From the NCBI GenBank assembly GCA_048886685.1, contig JBHLKM010000013.1, forward strand, positions 32,001-96,000: 64,000 nucleotides of DNA, written 5' to 3'. The notes under the pieces are model-generated. The model was not told where the DNA came from, ran no database searches, and saw nothing but the letters and a program-made list of their open reading frames with translations. Numbering within the stretch: the stretch's first letter is position 1; each line of letters starts with the position of its first letter. Source of the stretch: Candidatus Hodarchaeota archaeon (GTDB lineage Archaea > Asgardarchaeota > Lokiarchaeia > Sigyniarchaeales > SOKP01). The translations under genes were made by a program, and so were the position numbers. This document shows positions 41,997 through 53,326 of this stretch, in pieces.

Positions 41997-43097
41997 ATGA
42001 AAATTATTGGGCCTATCGCAGGCATCGGTTCAAGATTAAGACCGTTTACTTTAAGTAAACCAAAAGCTTTCCTAACAGTTGCAGGTAAAACAGTCTTGGA
42101 TCATATTCTTGAAAAATTTAGTAATACTTTTGATCCAAATACAGAATTAATACTTATTGTTGGGTATAAAAAGAGACAAATAATTGAATATGTAAAAAAG
42201 AAATATTCTGATAAGTTTAAACTCATTTTTATTGAACAAATTCCTCGAGGCTATTCCAATGATGACATTCCTTTTTATTGGGGATTAGGCGAGGCAGTTT
42301 ATCTGTCAAATATAAGATTTAAAAAACAACATTTTGAAACAAAAGAGCAAGATAAGAGAGAAGGAGCCCTTATTTTCTTAGGAGATATGCTCCCTGTCGA
42401 TGAAATCTCATATTTTATGTATCGTTTTTTTGAATCTGATGTAGATGGAATTATCGCAGTTATAGAAGTTCCAAATGAAGATGCAAGCTCATATGGTGTA
42501 GTAACTGTAGATGAAAACTCAATTATACAAAGTCTTGTGGAAAAACCACAAAATTTTATATCAAATTTAGCCATTATGGGTCCTTACGCTTTTTCAAATT
42601 CAGCTATAATGGCACTCTTTGAAAATATTAAATATTATTTAGATCAGAAGTCAGAAACTACAAAGGAAATATATTTAACACAAAGTTTGCAAGATTTAGT
42701 AGATAAAGGATTTAGAATCGCTGCTATTAAACTAAAAAAAGGAAATCTTGATTTTGGTAGACCTTCTGAATTACTTAAGGGTAATAGATATCTACTAACG
42801 CAAAATTCTGTTAAAAGAGAAGATTTTCCAGATTTGAACATAACAGTTGATAAATCTTTTTTAAAAAATCCTGTGTTTATTGGAGAGAACACTAAAGTTG
42901 TAAATTGCGTTATCGGCCCATATGTTTCAATAGGAGAAAATTCATATATAGAAAATTGTATTTTGGAAAATAGTGTTATCGAAAAAAGAGCACAGCTAAA
43001 AAATATTATAACTAAAAACTCAATCATAGGGAGTGATGTAATGGTTGAGAATATTAGTAAAAATAATTTAATTATTGGAGATAAAAGCAGCTCATAA
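41997..43097 (+). CDS. Sugar-phosphate nucleotidyltransferase
   Basis: AGIGSRLRPFT..PK, YGVV, VEKP, C-terminal left-handed beta-helix. Confidence 0.9.
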   Translation: MKIIGPIAGIGSRLRPFTLSKPKAFLTVAGKTVLDHILEKFSNTFDPNTELILIVGYKKRQIIEYVKKKYSDKFKLIFIEQIPRGYSNDDIPFYWGLGEAVYLSNIRFKKQHFETKEQDKREGALIFLGDMLPVDEISYFMYRFFESDVDGIIAVIEVPNEDASSYGVVTVDENSIIQSLVEKPQNFISNLAIMGPYAFSNSAIMALFENIKYYLDQKSETTKEIYLTQSLQDLVDKGFRIAAIKLKKGNLDFGRPSELLKGNRYLLTQNSVKREDFPDLNITVDKSFLKNPVFIGENTKVVNCVIGPYVSIGENSYIENCILENSVIEKRAQLKNIITKNSIIGSDVMVENISKNNLIIGDKSSS

Positions 43098-43258
43098 TAA
43101 AATTCTTTATCAGATCTTTTTCATCCAAAAATCTAGAAATTAATAATTTCTATAAAATATAGTTAAATATTAATTGTAGAAAGATTAAAATAGTAATTAA
43201 TAATATCAAGATTTTGAATATATAAGAATTTTAAATTATACTCGTCTTATTGTTTATC

Positions 43259-44635
43259 ATGTCATATCACATCGCATTTGATGTTGCTCATAAACCAAGA
43301 GGTCGAATTGATGATAATTTAACTGAAATTCGAGATCAATTAAATTCAAATGATTTTATATGTTATAATTTTTTAGAAGTTCCAATTACAGAAGAATCAT
43401 TAATGGCTTATGATATATTAGTATTTGTATGTCCTGATTTTTCAAGAATAACTGCTAATGAAATTACACATATAGTTAAGTGGGTTAAAAATTCTGGAGG
43501 TGGACTCCTATTGTTATCACATGCGGGAGGTGATAGGGGTCGTGGTAGCAACTTATCCGAAATATCGGAACAATTTGGAATAATTTTTGAAAATGATCAA
43601 GTTTTAGATGAAAAAGTTAATTTAGGAATGGAAAACATTCCATTGATTTCGACATTTAATATCCCTCATCCGATTACGTCTGAAATAGACACATTATGTT
43701 ACAGAACAGGGTGTTCTCTTTCAATTGTTGGGAGTGGAGCATTCTCTATAGCTGATTCGAACGAAACCTCAGAACCTTTTTCTTGCCCTCTAATTTGTGT
43801 ATCAGAAATAGGAAACGGAAGAGTTTGTTGTATTGGTAGCTATGAAATGTTTAGAGATAAAATCGGAGGGGGATTTCAGTGTTATGATCATCCTACGTTA
43901 GCATTAAATATCTTTAAATGGCTTGTTTCGGATTATCGGATGGAATTGAGGTCGACTCTGGATATCCCAACTCCTATTTCCCGTTCAGTTGAAGAAACTT
44001 TACAAGAGCAATCTGAAATATCAACCACACCGACTCCAAGTGAAGGAAGAAGAATCAACATAGACTTTTCTATGAAAATTTCTAAAAAGAGTGAATTGGT
44101 AGAATTATTGAAGATTTTTCAAAATCAAATAAACATAATTAAAACTACAATTGATAAATTAATAGATACAGCATCAGAGTCAGATGGAGATATAATTGAT
44201 TACAACCAACTCAAGAGTTATGAATCACAAGAATTTGCTCAAGACATTCAGGCTAATGACCAAGAGGTTCCTTCTATACCAGAATTAACTAGTGAAATAG
44301 CTGCTATCAGCAAAAATGAAGAAGACGAAGACACTCTTACAGCCTTACCACCTAAACCTGAAAGCTTGATAGAAAAAGAAGTTGAAGAGACAGGTTTAAA
44401 ACCAGTACCTAAACTTAAAACAAAAGATAAGACAAAAAAAGAGCTAAAAGACGAAAAAGAGGGATTAGTATCAAAACTTACTTCTGTTGAGGACTTACTA
44501 GAATTTATTGACAAAAAACATTCATCCGGAACGATTGACGACGAAGAATATTCAAAAAGAACAAAAAAACTGCAGAATGATGTAAAGAAAACAAAGAAAA
44601 AGATAAGCGTTATTGATAAGCTATTAGAAAAATAA
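43259..44635 (+). CDS. GIFT (GldG/IFT52-like) domain protein with acidic/coiled-coil C-terminus
   Basis: FDVAH, YDILV...P, WVKNSGGGLLLL, FGI.FEND.V.D, GNGRVCCIGSYEMF.D. Confidence 0.75.
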   Translation: MSYHIAFDVAHKPRGRIDDNLTEIRDQLNSNDFICYNFLEVPITEESLMAYDILVFVCPDFSRITANEITHIVKWVKNSGGGLLLLSHAGGDRGRGSNLSEISEQFGIIFENDQVLDEKVNLGMENIPLISTFNIPHPITSEIDTLCYRTGCSLSIVGSGAFSIADSNETSEPFSCPLICVSEIGNGRVCCIGSYEMFRDKIGGGFQCYDHPTLALNIFKWLVSDYRMELRSTLDIPTPISRSVEETLQEQSEISTTPTPSEGRRINIDFSMKISKKSELVELLKIFQNQINIIKTTIDKLIDTASESDGDIIDYNQLKSYESQEFAQDIQANDQEVPSIPELTSEIAAISKNEEDEDTLTALPPKPESLIEKEVEETGLKPVPKLKTKDKTKKELKDEKEGLVSKLTSVEDLLEFIDKKHSSGTIDDEEYSKRTKKLQNDVKKTKKKISVIDKLLEK

Positions 44636-44660
44636 ATATTCGAAAAATTCTTAAAGAAAT

Positions 44661-45983
44661 TTAATCTTTAGGCTTCACTGGGTGCCCTTCTGGAATATAA
44701 GGCTGTGCATATTTATTAACGATTTCAAAAAAATCTTTATCACTAACTCCTTTAGTAACCTTCTTTAACTCTTCTTTAATTGTATCGAATGATTTTCTTA
44801 GTTCTTCTTTCGACGTCGTCTCGTGCTTCCTCTTAACTTCTGTAGAGATTTTTCTTATTATTTCTATAGGGATATCTAGATCTAATACTTTTATCTTCTG
44901 TTGTAATGCATGGGAGACTGATTTTGTTCCTGAAAATTTTCCCAAATAAAACTTTCTTCTCCTACCTACCATATGAGGATTTATTGGTTCATAAGTTAGT
45001 GGGTGAGCAAGAATTGCAGCAATATGGAGTCCGCTTTCATGAGAAAATGCATAATCTCCTACTATTGGTTTATATTGTGATAAAGGTTTACAGAAATATT
45101 TTTCACAAACTTCACTTAATTCTGGTAACCTAGTTAGATCAATTCCAGTTCTTATTCCTATTCTTTCTAAAATTGTAGCTACTTCTTCTAGCGCTGCATT
45201 TCCTGCGCGTTCTCCATATCCATTTATACAGGTATGAGGATATTTACATCCTTCTATAACACCTGTTATAGTATTTGAAACAGCTAGACCAAAATCATTA
45301 TGAGTATGTATTCCTATTGGAATTTTTTCCTTTAGGGGTGAAATGACTTCCTCTTTAATACGTTTTATTAGGTATGAAGTGGAGTAGGGTGTTAAAACAC
45401 CAACAGTATCTCCTAAAACTATACGTTCTGCTCCTGATTCTATTGCTGTTGAAAAAACATTTTTTAAATGACTAAAATCGCACCTAGTTCCATCTTCAGA
45501 AACCCAATTAACTTTAAATCCATTATCTTTTGCATATTGAATAGATGCTTTAATCTGTTCCAATTGTTCTTTTTCATTTTGTTTTAATGTTTTTCTAAAA
45601 ATCGGAGATATTGGCATAAAGATAACAATTTCTTTAAGATCTGTCTCTATACATGCATCGATATCATCTTTTCTTGGTCGAGCTATGCCTAATATTGTAG
45701 CATTATTAATATTTTCATTAACGATTGTTTTTACTATATTCTTTTCCGATTCTGAAACTGCTGGAAATCCTACTGCAATAAGGTTAACTCCTATTTCATC
45801 CATTAATTTTGCTAAATGTATTTTTTCATCAAGGGTTAAATATACAGTTGGGCTTTGTTCTCCATCACGTAATGTTTCATCCCAAATTTCGATACTATCA
45901 GGTAAGTCATAATTTTCCAAGGCGATTTTATTGTAATCAATAAGGAGTTCCCGAAGCTCTTCCTTTGAGAATTTGTACGACAT
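44661..45983 (-). CDS. DRE-TIM metallolyase (homocitrate/isopropylmalate/citramalate synthase family)
   Basis: DETLRDGEQ, HTHND, GERAGNA, HESGLH; no recognisable regulatory domain. Confidence 0.9.
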   Translation of the reverse strand: MSYKFSKEELRELLIDYNKIALENYDLPDSIEIWDETLRDGEQSPTVYLTLDEKIHLAKLMDEIGVNLIAVGFPAVSESEKNIVKTIVNENINNATILGIARPRKDDIDACIETDLKEIVIFMPISPIFRKTLKQNEKEQLEQIKASIQYAKDNGFKVNWVSEDGTRCDFSHLKNVFSTAIESGAERIVLGDTVGVLTPYSTSYLIKRIKEEVISPLKEKIPIGIHTHNDFGLAVSNTITGVIEGCKYPHTCINGYGERAGNAALEEVATILERIGIRTGIDLTRLPELSEVCEKYFCKPLSQYKPIVGDYAFSHESGLHIAAILAHPLTYEPINPHMVGRRRKFYLGKFSGTKSVSHALQQKIKVLDLDIPIEIIRKISTEVKRKHETTSKEELRKSFDTIKEELKKVTKGVSDKDFFEIVNKYAQPYIPEGHPVKPKD

Positions 45984-46129
45984 ACTTTTATCCTTATATA
46001 TTTTAATGATTATTAAAATTATTGAATACAAATAAATTTCATTTATAGAAAGACTATATATTGATTAAGTAACAAGAAGAGGACTAATATTATAAAGAAA
46101 ATTCACGAATTTAATAAAAAAGACAGAAA

Positions 46130-46549
46130 TTATTTGATTACATCAGTAATAAAACATGTTTCAACAATTTTAACGCCCTTAATTTGTGAGATCTTCTCTT
46201 CGATGAGAGGATTAAATTGTTCAATAGAAGGTATCTCAACTTTCATAAATAATCCACAATCTCCTGAAAGTCTCCAGAGATTGGTAATTTCTTCAATCTC
46301 TAACAATTCCTTTAAAATTCTCTTGATTTCTTTAAAATCCGGCTCAACTTTCACAGTAGCTCGAGTTCGAGGTTTGTTATCTATAGCGTAATCAATAGTA
46401 AACTTTCTAATTACTCCTTCTTCTGTTAATTTTTTTACACGTCTTCTAACAGTTGCTTCAGTTTTGCCTACACTTTTAGAAATCTCATTAAAGGACATTC
46501 TACTATCATCTTTTAATAATTCCAAAATTTTTAGATCAACAATATCCAT
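46130..46549 (-). CDS. Lrp/AsnC transcription regulator
   Basis: D.KIL..L.DDSR...EI...VG..EATVRRRVKKL. Confidence 0.92.
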   Translation of the reverse strand: MDIVDLKILELLKDDSRMSFNEISKSVGKTEATVRRRVKKLTEEGVIRKFTIDYAIDNKPRTRATVKVEPDFKEIKRILKELLEIEEITNLWRLSGDCGLFMKVEIPSIEQFNPLIEEKISQIKGVKIVETCFITDVIK

Positions 46550-46893
46550 AATATCGAAATCACGAATTTTTTATATTTTTTTTATAAAAATAATTTAACT
46601 TTATTATTAAATGTGATGAAATCTGTATATAAAAACTTTAATGAAATTCTCAAATTCAAATATTTTTTTGCGAATTGAAAATAATATTGTCAGAAAATGT
46701 TTATCAATCTATTAATAAAGAAATAAGTAAGTACAAATACGGTAAAAGGAACTAAAATTTGGGATTTGTTGATAATTAATATTAATAAAAAATGCTTTCA
46801 GCATTTAATTTTTAAAAGAAATTGTACTGCCATTAATATTATTAGAGATGCATCAATTTTTCAATATATAATCATATAGAAAGTAGTAAAATA

Positions 46894-47691
46894 ATGTCAA
46901 ATGAAATTCCAGAAAATGTGAAGGATTCTTTAAGATCAATAGGTCTTACAGATTATGAAATCTCAATTTATCTTACTTTGATCTCAAAAGGTCCAATGGA
47001 TGCTCGAGAGTTATCAGATGCATCAGGTGTTCCTTATTCACGGATATATAACATACTTACACAGCTAGAAAAAGAAAAAATGTGGATAATCAAGGAAGAT
47101 TCCAGACCTAGTCGTTATTTTGCCAAATCCCCCGATGAAGCTTTAGTTATTGCTAAAAAGCAATATAGTGAAAACTTCAATGATCATTCAAACAAAATTA
47201 TGCAATCTCTTACACCCATTTACCAATCACATGATACTCCTATCAAGATCGCTCTATATGTTCATAGAGGCAGAGATGTCTGTATCAATAGAGCTCTTTC
47301 TTTAATTAATTTAGCAAAAACCTCAATATATTTTACTTCAACAGAATTCGAACTGTTGGAATTGTTTTTTGATGACATAAAAAAAGCAAGAGCTAGAGGT
47401 GTAACTGATATAAAACTCCTAGTTGAATCAAAAGCTTTAGAAGCAAAAAATTTTAAATCATTACTGAAGAAATATAATCCCATCAGTGAAATTAGATGGA
47501 GAGACCAAATTTTTGGCAGTTCGGTTATAATTGATGAAGGAGAAGATGCTTTTATTATTCTTTCTGAAAGTTTTTTTCCAAAAAAAATGTCTTATTTCGG
47601 TATTGTTACGGATCATGTAGCTTTTGGCCCTTCTTCTTTATATTATTATGATTATCTCTATAAAAGTGCAAAAGAAGTAAAATTGGATTAA
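46894..47691 (+). CDS. TrmB-family transcription regulator
   Basis: GLTDYE..IY.TL, ELSDASGVPYSRIY. Confidence 0.9.
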   Translation: MSNEIPENVKDSLRSIGLTDYEISIYLTLISKGPMDARELSDASGVPYSRIYNILTQLEKEKMWIIKEDSRPSRYFAKSPDEALVIAKKQYSENFNDHSNKIMQSLTPIYQSHDTPIKIALYVHRGRDVCINRALSLINLAKTSIYFTSTEFELLELFFDDIKKARARGVTDIKLLVESKALEAKNFKSLLKKYNPISEIRWRDQIFGSSVIIDEGEDAFIILSESFFPKKMSYFGIVTDHVAFGPSSLYYYDYLYKSAKEVKLD

Positions 47692-47732
47692 CAAATAATT
47701 TTAATTAATTAATATAAAATAAAGAGTTTCTT

Positions 47733-47987
47733 TTACCATTTAATCTGTATTGCTTGTTCTGGACAAGCTTCAATGCACTTAAAACAACGTGTACATACAG
47801 AAGGCCATACAGCTGTAATTTTCCAATGCTGAGGATCGTATATATTTTCTTCCTTGTATTTAAGATCTTCATGTCTTAAGAATACACATGGATCACATAC
47901 ATTAAGGCATCTTCCACATTCTCTTGGATCCACATCGCTCTCAGGACCACATTTTGAATAATCTATTTTAATCTTTGTTTTCCCCAT
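47733..47987 (-). CDS. 4Fe-4S ferredoxin
   Basis: CGRCLNVC, CTRCFKCIEACP. Confidence 0.85.
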   Translation of the reverse strand: MGKTKIKIDYSKCGPESDVDPRECGRCLNVCDPCVFLRHEDLKYKEENIYDPQHWKITAVWPSVCTRCFKCIEACPEQAIQIKW

Positions 47988-47995
47988 AAAATCAC

Positions 47996-48865
47996 CTAAA
48001 AATGTCCATTAAACCCAGGAAATTCCTTTCTTGGGATAAGATTTAACGCATCATGTTTACAAACATGACGGCAAACACCACATCCAAAGCATTTATTATA
48101 ATCTATAATAACTCTATTTACTGATGGAATAAATCTGATCGCATTCCATTGACACGTAGCCACACATGACTTGCACCCTTGACAATTATCCTGATTTAAA
48201 TTGATGATATATTCCGCTTTTGACATTACCATTAAATTAAAATCATTTCTCAATCGTAATGCCCCGCACTCAGGACTTTCGCAATTGCATATAGCATTAA
48301 TATATGGAACTGGTTGATACCATACAGTTGAAACCAATCCATTTTTATTATGTTCTTCTAATCTTTCAACTGCTTCCTCTCGAGAGATTCTATATGCTCT
48401 CTCTTTTGGAATAAATCGAGGGAGTTTTTCTATTATCTCTGAAAGTACTCCAAAATTAATACAACTCTGAGTTTTTACCCCTCTTTGCATCATTCGACAC
48501 ATGCAATAGGTTTCAACAATAGGTTCAGTAGCTAACTCAGATAGAATGATTTTCGCATCCTCCATAGGAATTACTTGTCCAATATGACCATCTGCTCTTA
48601 TAGGTTTTGGGTGCCTAACAGTACCATGGATCATCTTTTCAGCAGCATGGCGAATTATTTTTCCAATAAGTGGTATTTCTAGTTTGTATCCTAATCCCTT
48701 GGATGATAATCCTGCAATTTTTCGAATAAAGACTGTTTCAAAATTCATCCATTGTTCTGTTAGATATTCTTTCATATCTAACTCTTTCGCAAGTTGATCA
48801 GAATAATTTTTTGCATTCATGTACCATTTCTGACCGATTCCATGCTTAAAACACCATTTACACAT
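47996..48865 (-). CDS. Fe-S protein with C-terminal 2[4Fe-4S] domain
   Basis: CMCR, ICNC, CQGCKSCVATC, CFGCGVCRHVC. Confidence 0.85.
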   Translation of the reverse strand: MCKWCFKHGIGQKWYMNAKNYSDQLAKELDMKEYLTEQWMNFETVFIRKIAGLSSKGLGYKLEIPLIGKIIRHAAEKMIHGTVRHPKPIRADGHIGQVIPMEDAKIILSELATEPIVETYCMCRMMQRGVKTQSCINFGVLSEIIEKLPRFIPKERAYRISREEAVERLEEHNKNGLVSTVWYQPVPYINAICNCESPECGALRLRNDFNLMVMSKAEYIINLNQDNCQGCKSCVATCQWNAIRFIPSVNRVIIDYNKCFGCGVCRHVCKHDALNLIPRKEFPGFNGHF

Positions 48866-49015
48866 AGAACAGATCCCCTATATTTATCAAAATTTTTTAT
48901 GTTTTATTTTTGATTAAATATTAAATAAATTTTAAAATCTACTAAATTTACCTAAAAGTACGTAAATGTTCCATCATTCCAGAACCAACTTCTCCCGTAA
49001 CCAAGTTTTTCATAA

Positions 49016-49981
49016 CAACCATTTGTTCAAATAACTCAGTATCCATCATTATTCGGTGGAAAGGGTTCTAACCTAATAAAACTCATAAATTCCAATATTA
49101 ACGTCCCTCCAGGATTTATTATAAATACAAAATCCTATAAAAATTTTTTAAAAACATCCCAAATAAAGGAAAAGCTCCTTCATATTTTATCAAACGGCTA
49201 CCATGCAAAAGATATTATAGGTATTTCTAATAGAATAAAAGAATTATATCTTCGAGCACAAAGTACACAAGAAATTACTGAGGAAATAAAGATTGCCTAT
49301 ACCAAACTAGTTAGAAAAACTAGTAAAAACACCTCGTTTTCTGTTAGATCATCTACAGATATTGAAGATTCAAACTGTTTCTCCTTTGCTGGACAAGCAG
49401 AAAGTTATTTGAATATCAAAACTTTTAAGGGTATTATAAATTATATTAAAAACTGCTGGATATCATTATACAGTCCACAGGCATTACTAAATTTCCTTAA
49501 AATGAATAAAGAAAATAAAAAAATTTCTTTAATAGAATTAAAAATGGCAGTAATAATTCAAAAAATGATTAACTCTCAAAAATCAGGTGTTTTGTTTACA
49601 GTAAATATATTAAATAATGATAAAAATGAAATGCTGATTAACTCAACCTGGGGTCTTGGTGATACAAATACCAACAATATTTTCGTCCCTGATATGATAA
49701 ATCTTGATAAGAAGCAATTCAAAATTGTAAAAATAGTGATTGTGAAAAAAGAAAAAATGTCCCTTATCAACTCTAATAGGCCATTAACTGGACTATCAAA
49801 AATAAAACAAAAGCTTAAAGAAATTTGTTCTTTAAATAACCATCAGCTTTTCCAGCTTTATAATCTAGGGTTAAATATTGAGTCAGTCTTTAATTACCCT
49901 CAAGATATTGAATGGGCTATAGAAAAGGATATCTTATACACCCTCCAAAGTCGCCCCATTATAACTCTGAGAAAAATATAA
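49016..49981 (+). pseudogene. Stand-alone PEP synthase/PPDK N-terminal (ATP-grasp) domain, start unclear
   Basis: Frame open from 49016 with GGKGSNL, VPPGF, VRSS..ED..FSFAGQ, PQDIEWA, LQSRPI; no ATG after TAA 49013. Confidence 0.7.
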
Positions 49982-50004
49982 TAAGAAAAGAATAAACTTA
50001 TTAA

Positions 50005-50460
50005 TTACTTCAGAAATGTTCTCTTTCCTAAATAAATAAAAAGTTCTGATAACTCAAAGAGCGTCAATGGCATTACTAAATTTGCCATATCAGTACGAAG
50101 CTCTTCTTTGTCTTTTCCTGCAAGTATTAAAGTCCGTATATCTTCGACATAATCATCCATATTTAAGAATAATATTTCTATCTTATCTACTCCCGTCAGC
50201 TCTTCAATATCTTTATCTAAATGTTGTTCAACATCATTAAGTAAGCCCAACTTCAATTTAGGATTAAGATTATATTTAATAATAAGTTTATTCATTTCTT
50301 CGATGATGATATTCAAAGATAAATTCCAATCTGCATTTTCTTTATATTTAGGAATAAGAATATCACTAATAATAATTTCAAAAAGGGTTGTTGGTGCCTT
50401 TTGGTCAAAATCTACTTCAATCCCTGTACTTAATTTTATCTTTTTGGTATCTTCAGTCAT
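50005..50460 (-). CDS. Hypothetical protein
   Basis: Helical ORF. Confidence 0.6.
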   Translation of the reverse strand: MTEDTKKIKLSTGIEVDFDQKAPTTLFEIIISDILIPKYKENADWNLSLNIIIEEMNKLIIKYNLNPKLKLGLLNDVEQHLDKDIEELTGVDKIEILFLNMDDYVEDIRTLILAGKDKEELRTDMANLVMPLTLFELSELFIYLGKRTFLK

Positions 50461-50632
50461 ACCCAATCTCAACTTGAATCTAAAATTATAATATCCTTAA
50501 TAATTAATGGATTACGATTTAATAAATATTTTTAATCATCATTCCATTTGAAAAATTTACAATTAATTTTTTAAGGATCGATAATAATTCAATCAGTAAA
50601 TTATATATCCAAACTTAGCTTTATTACGGTAT

Positions 50633-51901
50633 ATGGGACTAAATATATTACTAGTAAATCCTAATAGGTTTCACAGTCCTCCAGTAATCCCAATAGGTTT
50701 AGAATATTTAGCTACTGCATTAGAAAAACACAACCATGATGTTGAGATCTTAGACCTATGTTTTTCAGATAAACCAGAAAAGGATTTGGACAATATCCTT
50801 AAGAAGAAATCATTTGATTTAGTAGGATTTACTATTCGTAATATTGATTCAGCAATTTACTTTAATAACGAATTTTTTTTACCCGACTTCAAGCCTCTAG
50901 TCCAGAGTGTTAAGGAACAAAATATTCCTGTAGTACTAGGAGGTTCAGGATTCTCTGCCATGCCTAACGAAATTCTCAACTTTCTTAAAGCTGATTATGG
51001 TATTATTGGTCCAGGGGAGATAATTTTTCCGAAGTTTTTAGAGTTAATGCAATCTAATAGTACAACACAAAAAATATTCGATGGTTGGGAGTCAGGTGTG
51101 GATAACTCATTAGTAAATATAAGGGGAAATAGAGTAGATTATCCCCAGTATTTAAAGGAGGAAGGTATAGTCGGATTTGAAACTCACACTGGCTGTAATA
51201 ATCAATGTCCCTACTGTATAGAAGCTAATACCCGAGTACATTTCAAAGGTATTTCAAAAATTATAGAAGAACTAGCTCATCTTGTCAGTCAAGGGTATAA
51301 TCATTTCCATACCTGTGATACTGAGTTTAATACTAACTTAAAGTTTTCAATAGATTTTTGTTTAGCGTTAATTAAAAGAAATTTAGATATGAAATGGGCT
51401 CTTTATATGAAACCAACCCCATATAACGAAAAATTTTTTGAACTTTTACATAAATCAAAAGCTTATTTAATTACTCTTTCAGTTGATAGTGATGAGAGAA
51501 TTCAGAAATCAAATAAATATAATTATGATGATTTAAAGAAAATTGTAAACTATTGTCACAAATATGACCTTACATTGGCTATAGATTTATTAATTGGATA
51601 TCCTAATGAACCATTAAAATCAATAAAAAAAATTATAGACTTCTTTAAAAATAATCGCCCTTTTACAGTCGGAATAAGTTATAATTATCGCGCTTATAAC
51701 TACACACCACTAGCAACCTTAATAAAGGAGGATCTTTCCTTACAAAAGAACTTAAATAAACAATATAGAGATGGTGAAACCTTTTTGGAACCAATTTTCT
51801 ATAACCAACTGTCTCAGGAGACAATAGAAGAATTAATTGACAACGATGATCTGTTTAAGATTGCTGGAATTACCCCTGGGGTGAATTATCAACAAATTTA
51901 A
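50633..51901 (+). CDS. B12-binding radical SAM protein
   Basis: PIGLEYL, RNID, VLGGSGF, GCNNQCPYC. Confidence 0.9.
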   Translation: MGLNILLVNPNRFHSPPVIPIGLEYLATALEKHNHDVEILDLCFSDKPEKDLDNILKKKSFDLVGFTIRNIDSAIYFNNEFFLPDFKPLVQSVKEQNIPVVLGGSGFSAMPNEILNFLKADYGIIGPGEIIFPKFLELMQSNSTTQKIFDGWESGVDNSLVNIRGNRVDYPQYLKEEGIVGFETHTGCNNQCPYCIEANTRVHFKGISKIIEELAHLVSQGYNHFHTCDTEFNTNLKFSIDFCLALIKRNLDMKWALYMKPTPYNEKFFELLHKSKAYLITLSVDSDERIQKSNKYNYDDLKKIVNYCHKYDLTLAIDLLIGYPNEPLKSIKKIIDFFKNNRPFTVGISYNYRAYNYTPLATLIKEDLSLQKNLNKQYRDGETFLEPIFYNQLSQETIEELIDNDDLFKIAGITPGVNYQQI

Positions 51902-51951
51902 AGATTTAAATTAAATAAAAAAACCGCAAAATTTTGATCGAGATCTAGAAC

Positions 51952-52856
51952 CTATCCACCAATCTGAGCCTTTACTCCACAAGATTCAACAATCTTCTTG
52001 AGTCTTATCATATGGTCGTCGCTAGGGGGTTTAACATTTATAAGTTTATAATCTCTATCAAGTTGACCATATATTTGTGTACCAAAAATATGGTAGGGTA
52101 AAAGTTCAATCCTTTTGAGGTTATCTCCTAATTTAAAAGCGAATTTCGCTGTATTTAATATGTTATCATCTGAATCATTACATCCTAGTACCAAGGGTAT
52201 ACGAATTATAATAGGACGGATAACAGAAGCTTTCCTTGCGTTTTTTAGGATTAATTCACTAGAAACACCAGTGAGCTCTTTGTGCGCAAGAGTATCCATA
52301 TGCTTTATGTCAAAATATATGAGATCTACATATGAAAGAAGTTTCTCCAGATATTCCCACTTCACATATCCACAGGTTTCTATCGCAGTGTGTATATAGC
52401 TCTGCTTACACCTTTTAAGAAAAGCTGTAATAAATTCATGTTGCATTGTGGGCTCACCACCACCTACAGTGATCCCTCCATTTGAACGCCTATAAAACGG
52501 GCTATCTTTGATAACCTCTTGGAACAGTTCCTCAACTGTCATATATTTTCCCACAAGATTCAGAGCTTGGTTAAGGCAGGTTTCAACACATTGACCGCAA
52601 CTTGTACAGACCTCTCTGTCAATTATAATACCTTCCTCTTCGAATAATGTAATCGCATCAAGAGGATATATCTCAATACAGCGTCCACACATTTTGCAGT
52701 TAAGCCTAATATGAAGAATCTCAAAGGACGGTTTCTGGGTTTGGGAGATGAACACCGTAGGCACATTAAGGGATATCCTTTCATATATATAAGGGTTCGA
52801 ATTCCAGGACCATCATGGATGGCGAACCTTTGTATATCGTGTATTAAGCCTTTCAT
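51952..52856 (-). pseudogene. Glycyl-radical enzyme activase, inactivated
   Basis: IQRFAIHDGPGIRT N-terminus in another frame (shift near 52742); CxxxCxxC reads YPLMCLRC; ferredoxin motif CKMCGRCIEIYP also has C to Y. Confidence 0.85.
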
Positions 52857-53043
52857 TTCTCCACAGTGTATGCTCCTTATTATTTTGTAAAAATCTTTTC
52901 CCCTATTAATAACTTTTATTTTGAAATTAATGATTTTTTTATGATTATGAAATCTGGATTATTTACATCTTCTTATTTAAATCAATAATTTCTCGTATTT
53001 AAAATGGTATATTCTTATTCTGGGTAAGTAGAATAGAAAAAGC

Positions 53044-53194
53044 AAAAAATCGGAAACCATGAATCTTAAAAAATTAAAAAGAGGAGACGTATTTATCTAA
53101 TAACAGGGTTAAGGGTTGAGGTATTTAGCCGATTGCTCGACTTTAGGTATAAGAATATATTGTCGTTTCATGGTTCTCCGATCTTTTATTTTTG
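53044..53194 (-). ncRNA. Candidate structured small RNA
   Basis: Upstream TTTAAATA, ~15-bp terminal stem, internal GCAA-tetraloop hairpin, 3' U-tract. Confidence 0.45.
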
Positions 53195-53326
53195 ACAATA
53201 TATGTTGAATTTTTCTACTATTTAAAAATTTCCTTTTTTTCATGTGAAAAAATTGAAAATTGTGTAAACAAGTATTCTCTAAATTTTGGAAAATTCTGAA
53301 AAATATATCAAAATAGAATAGAGGAT

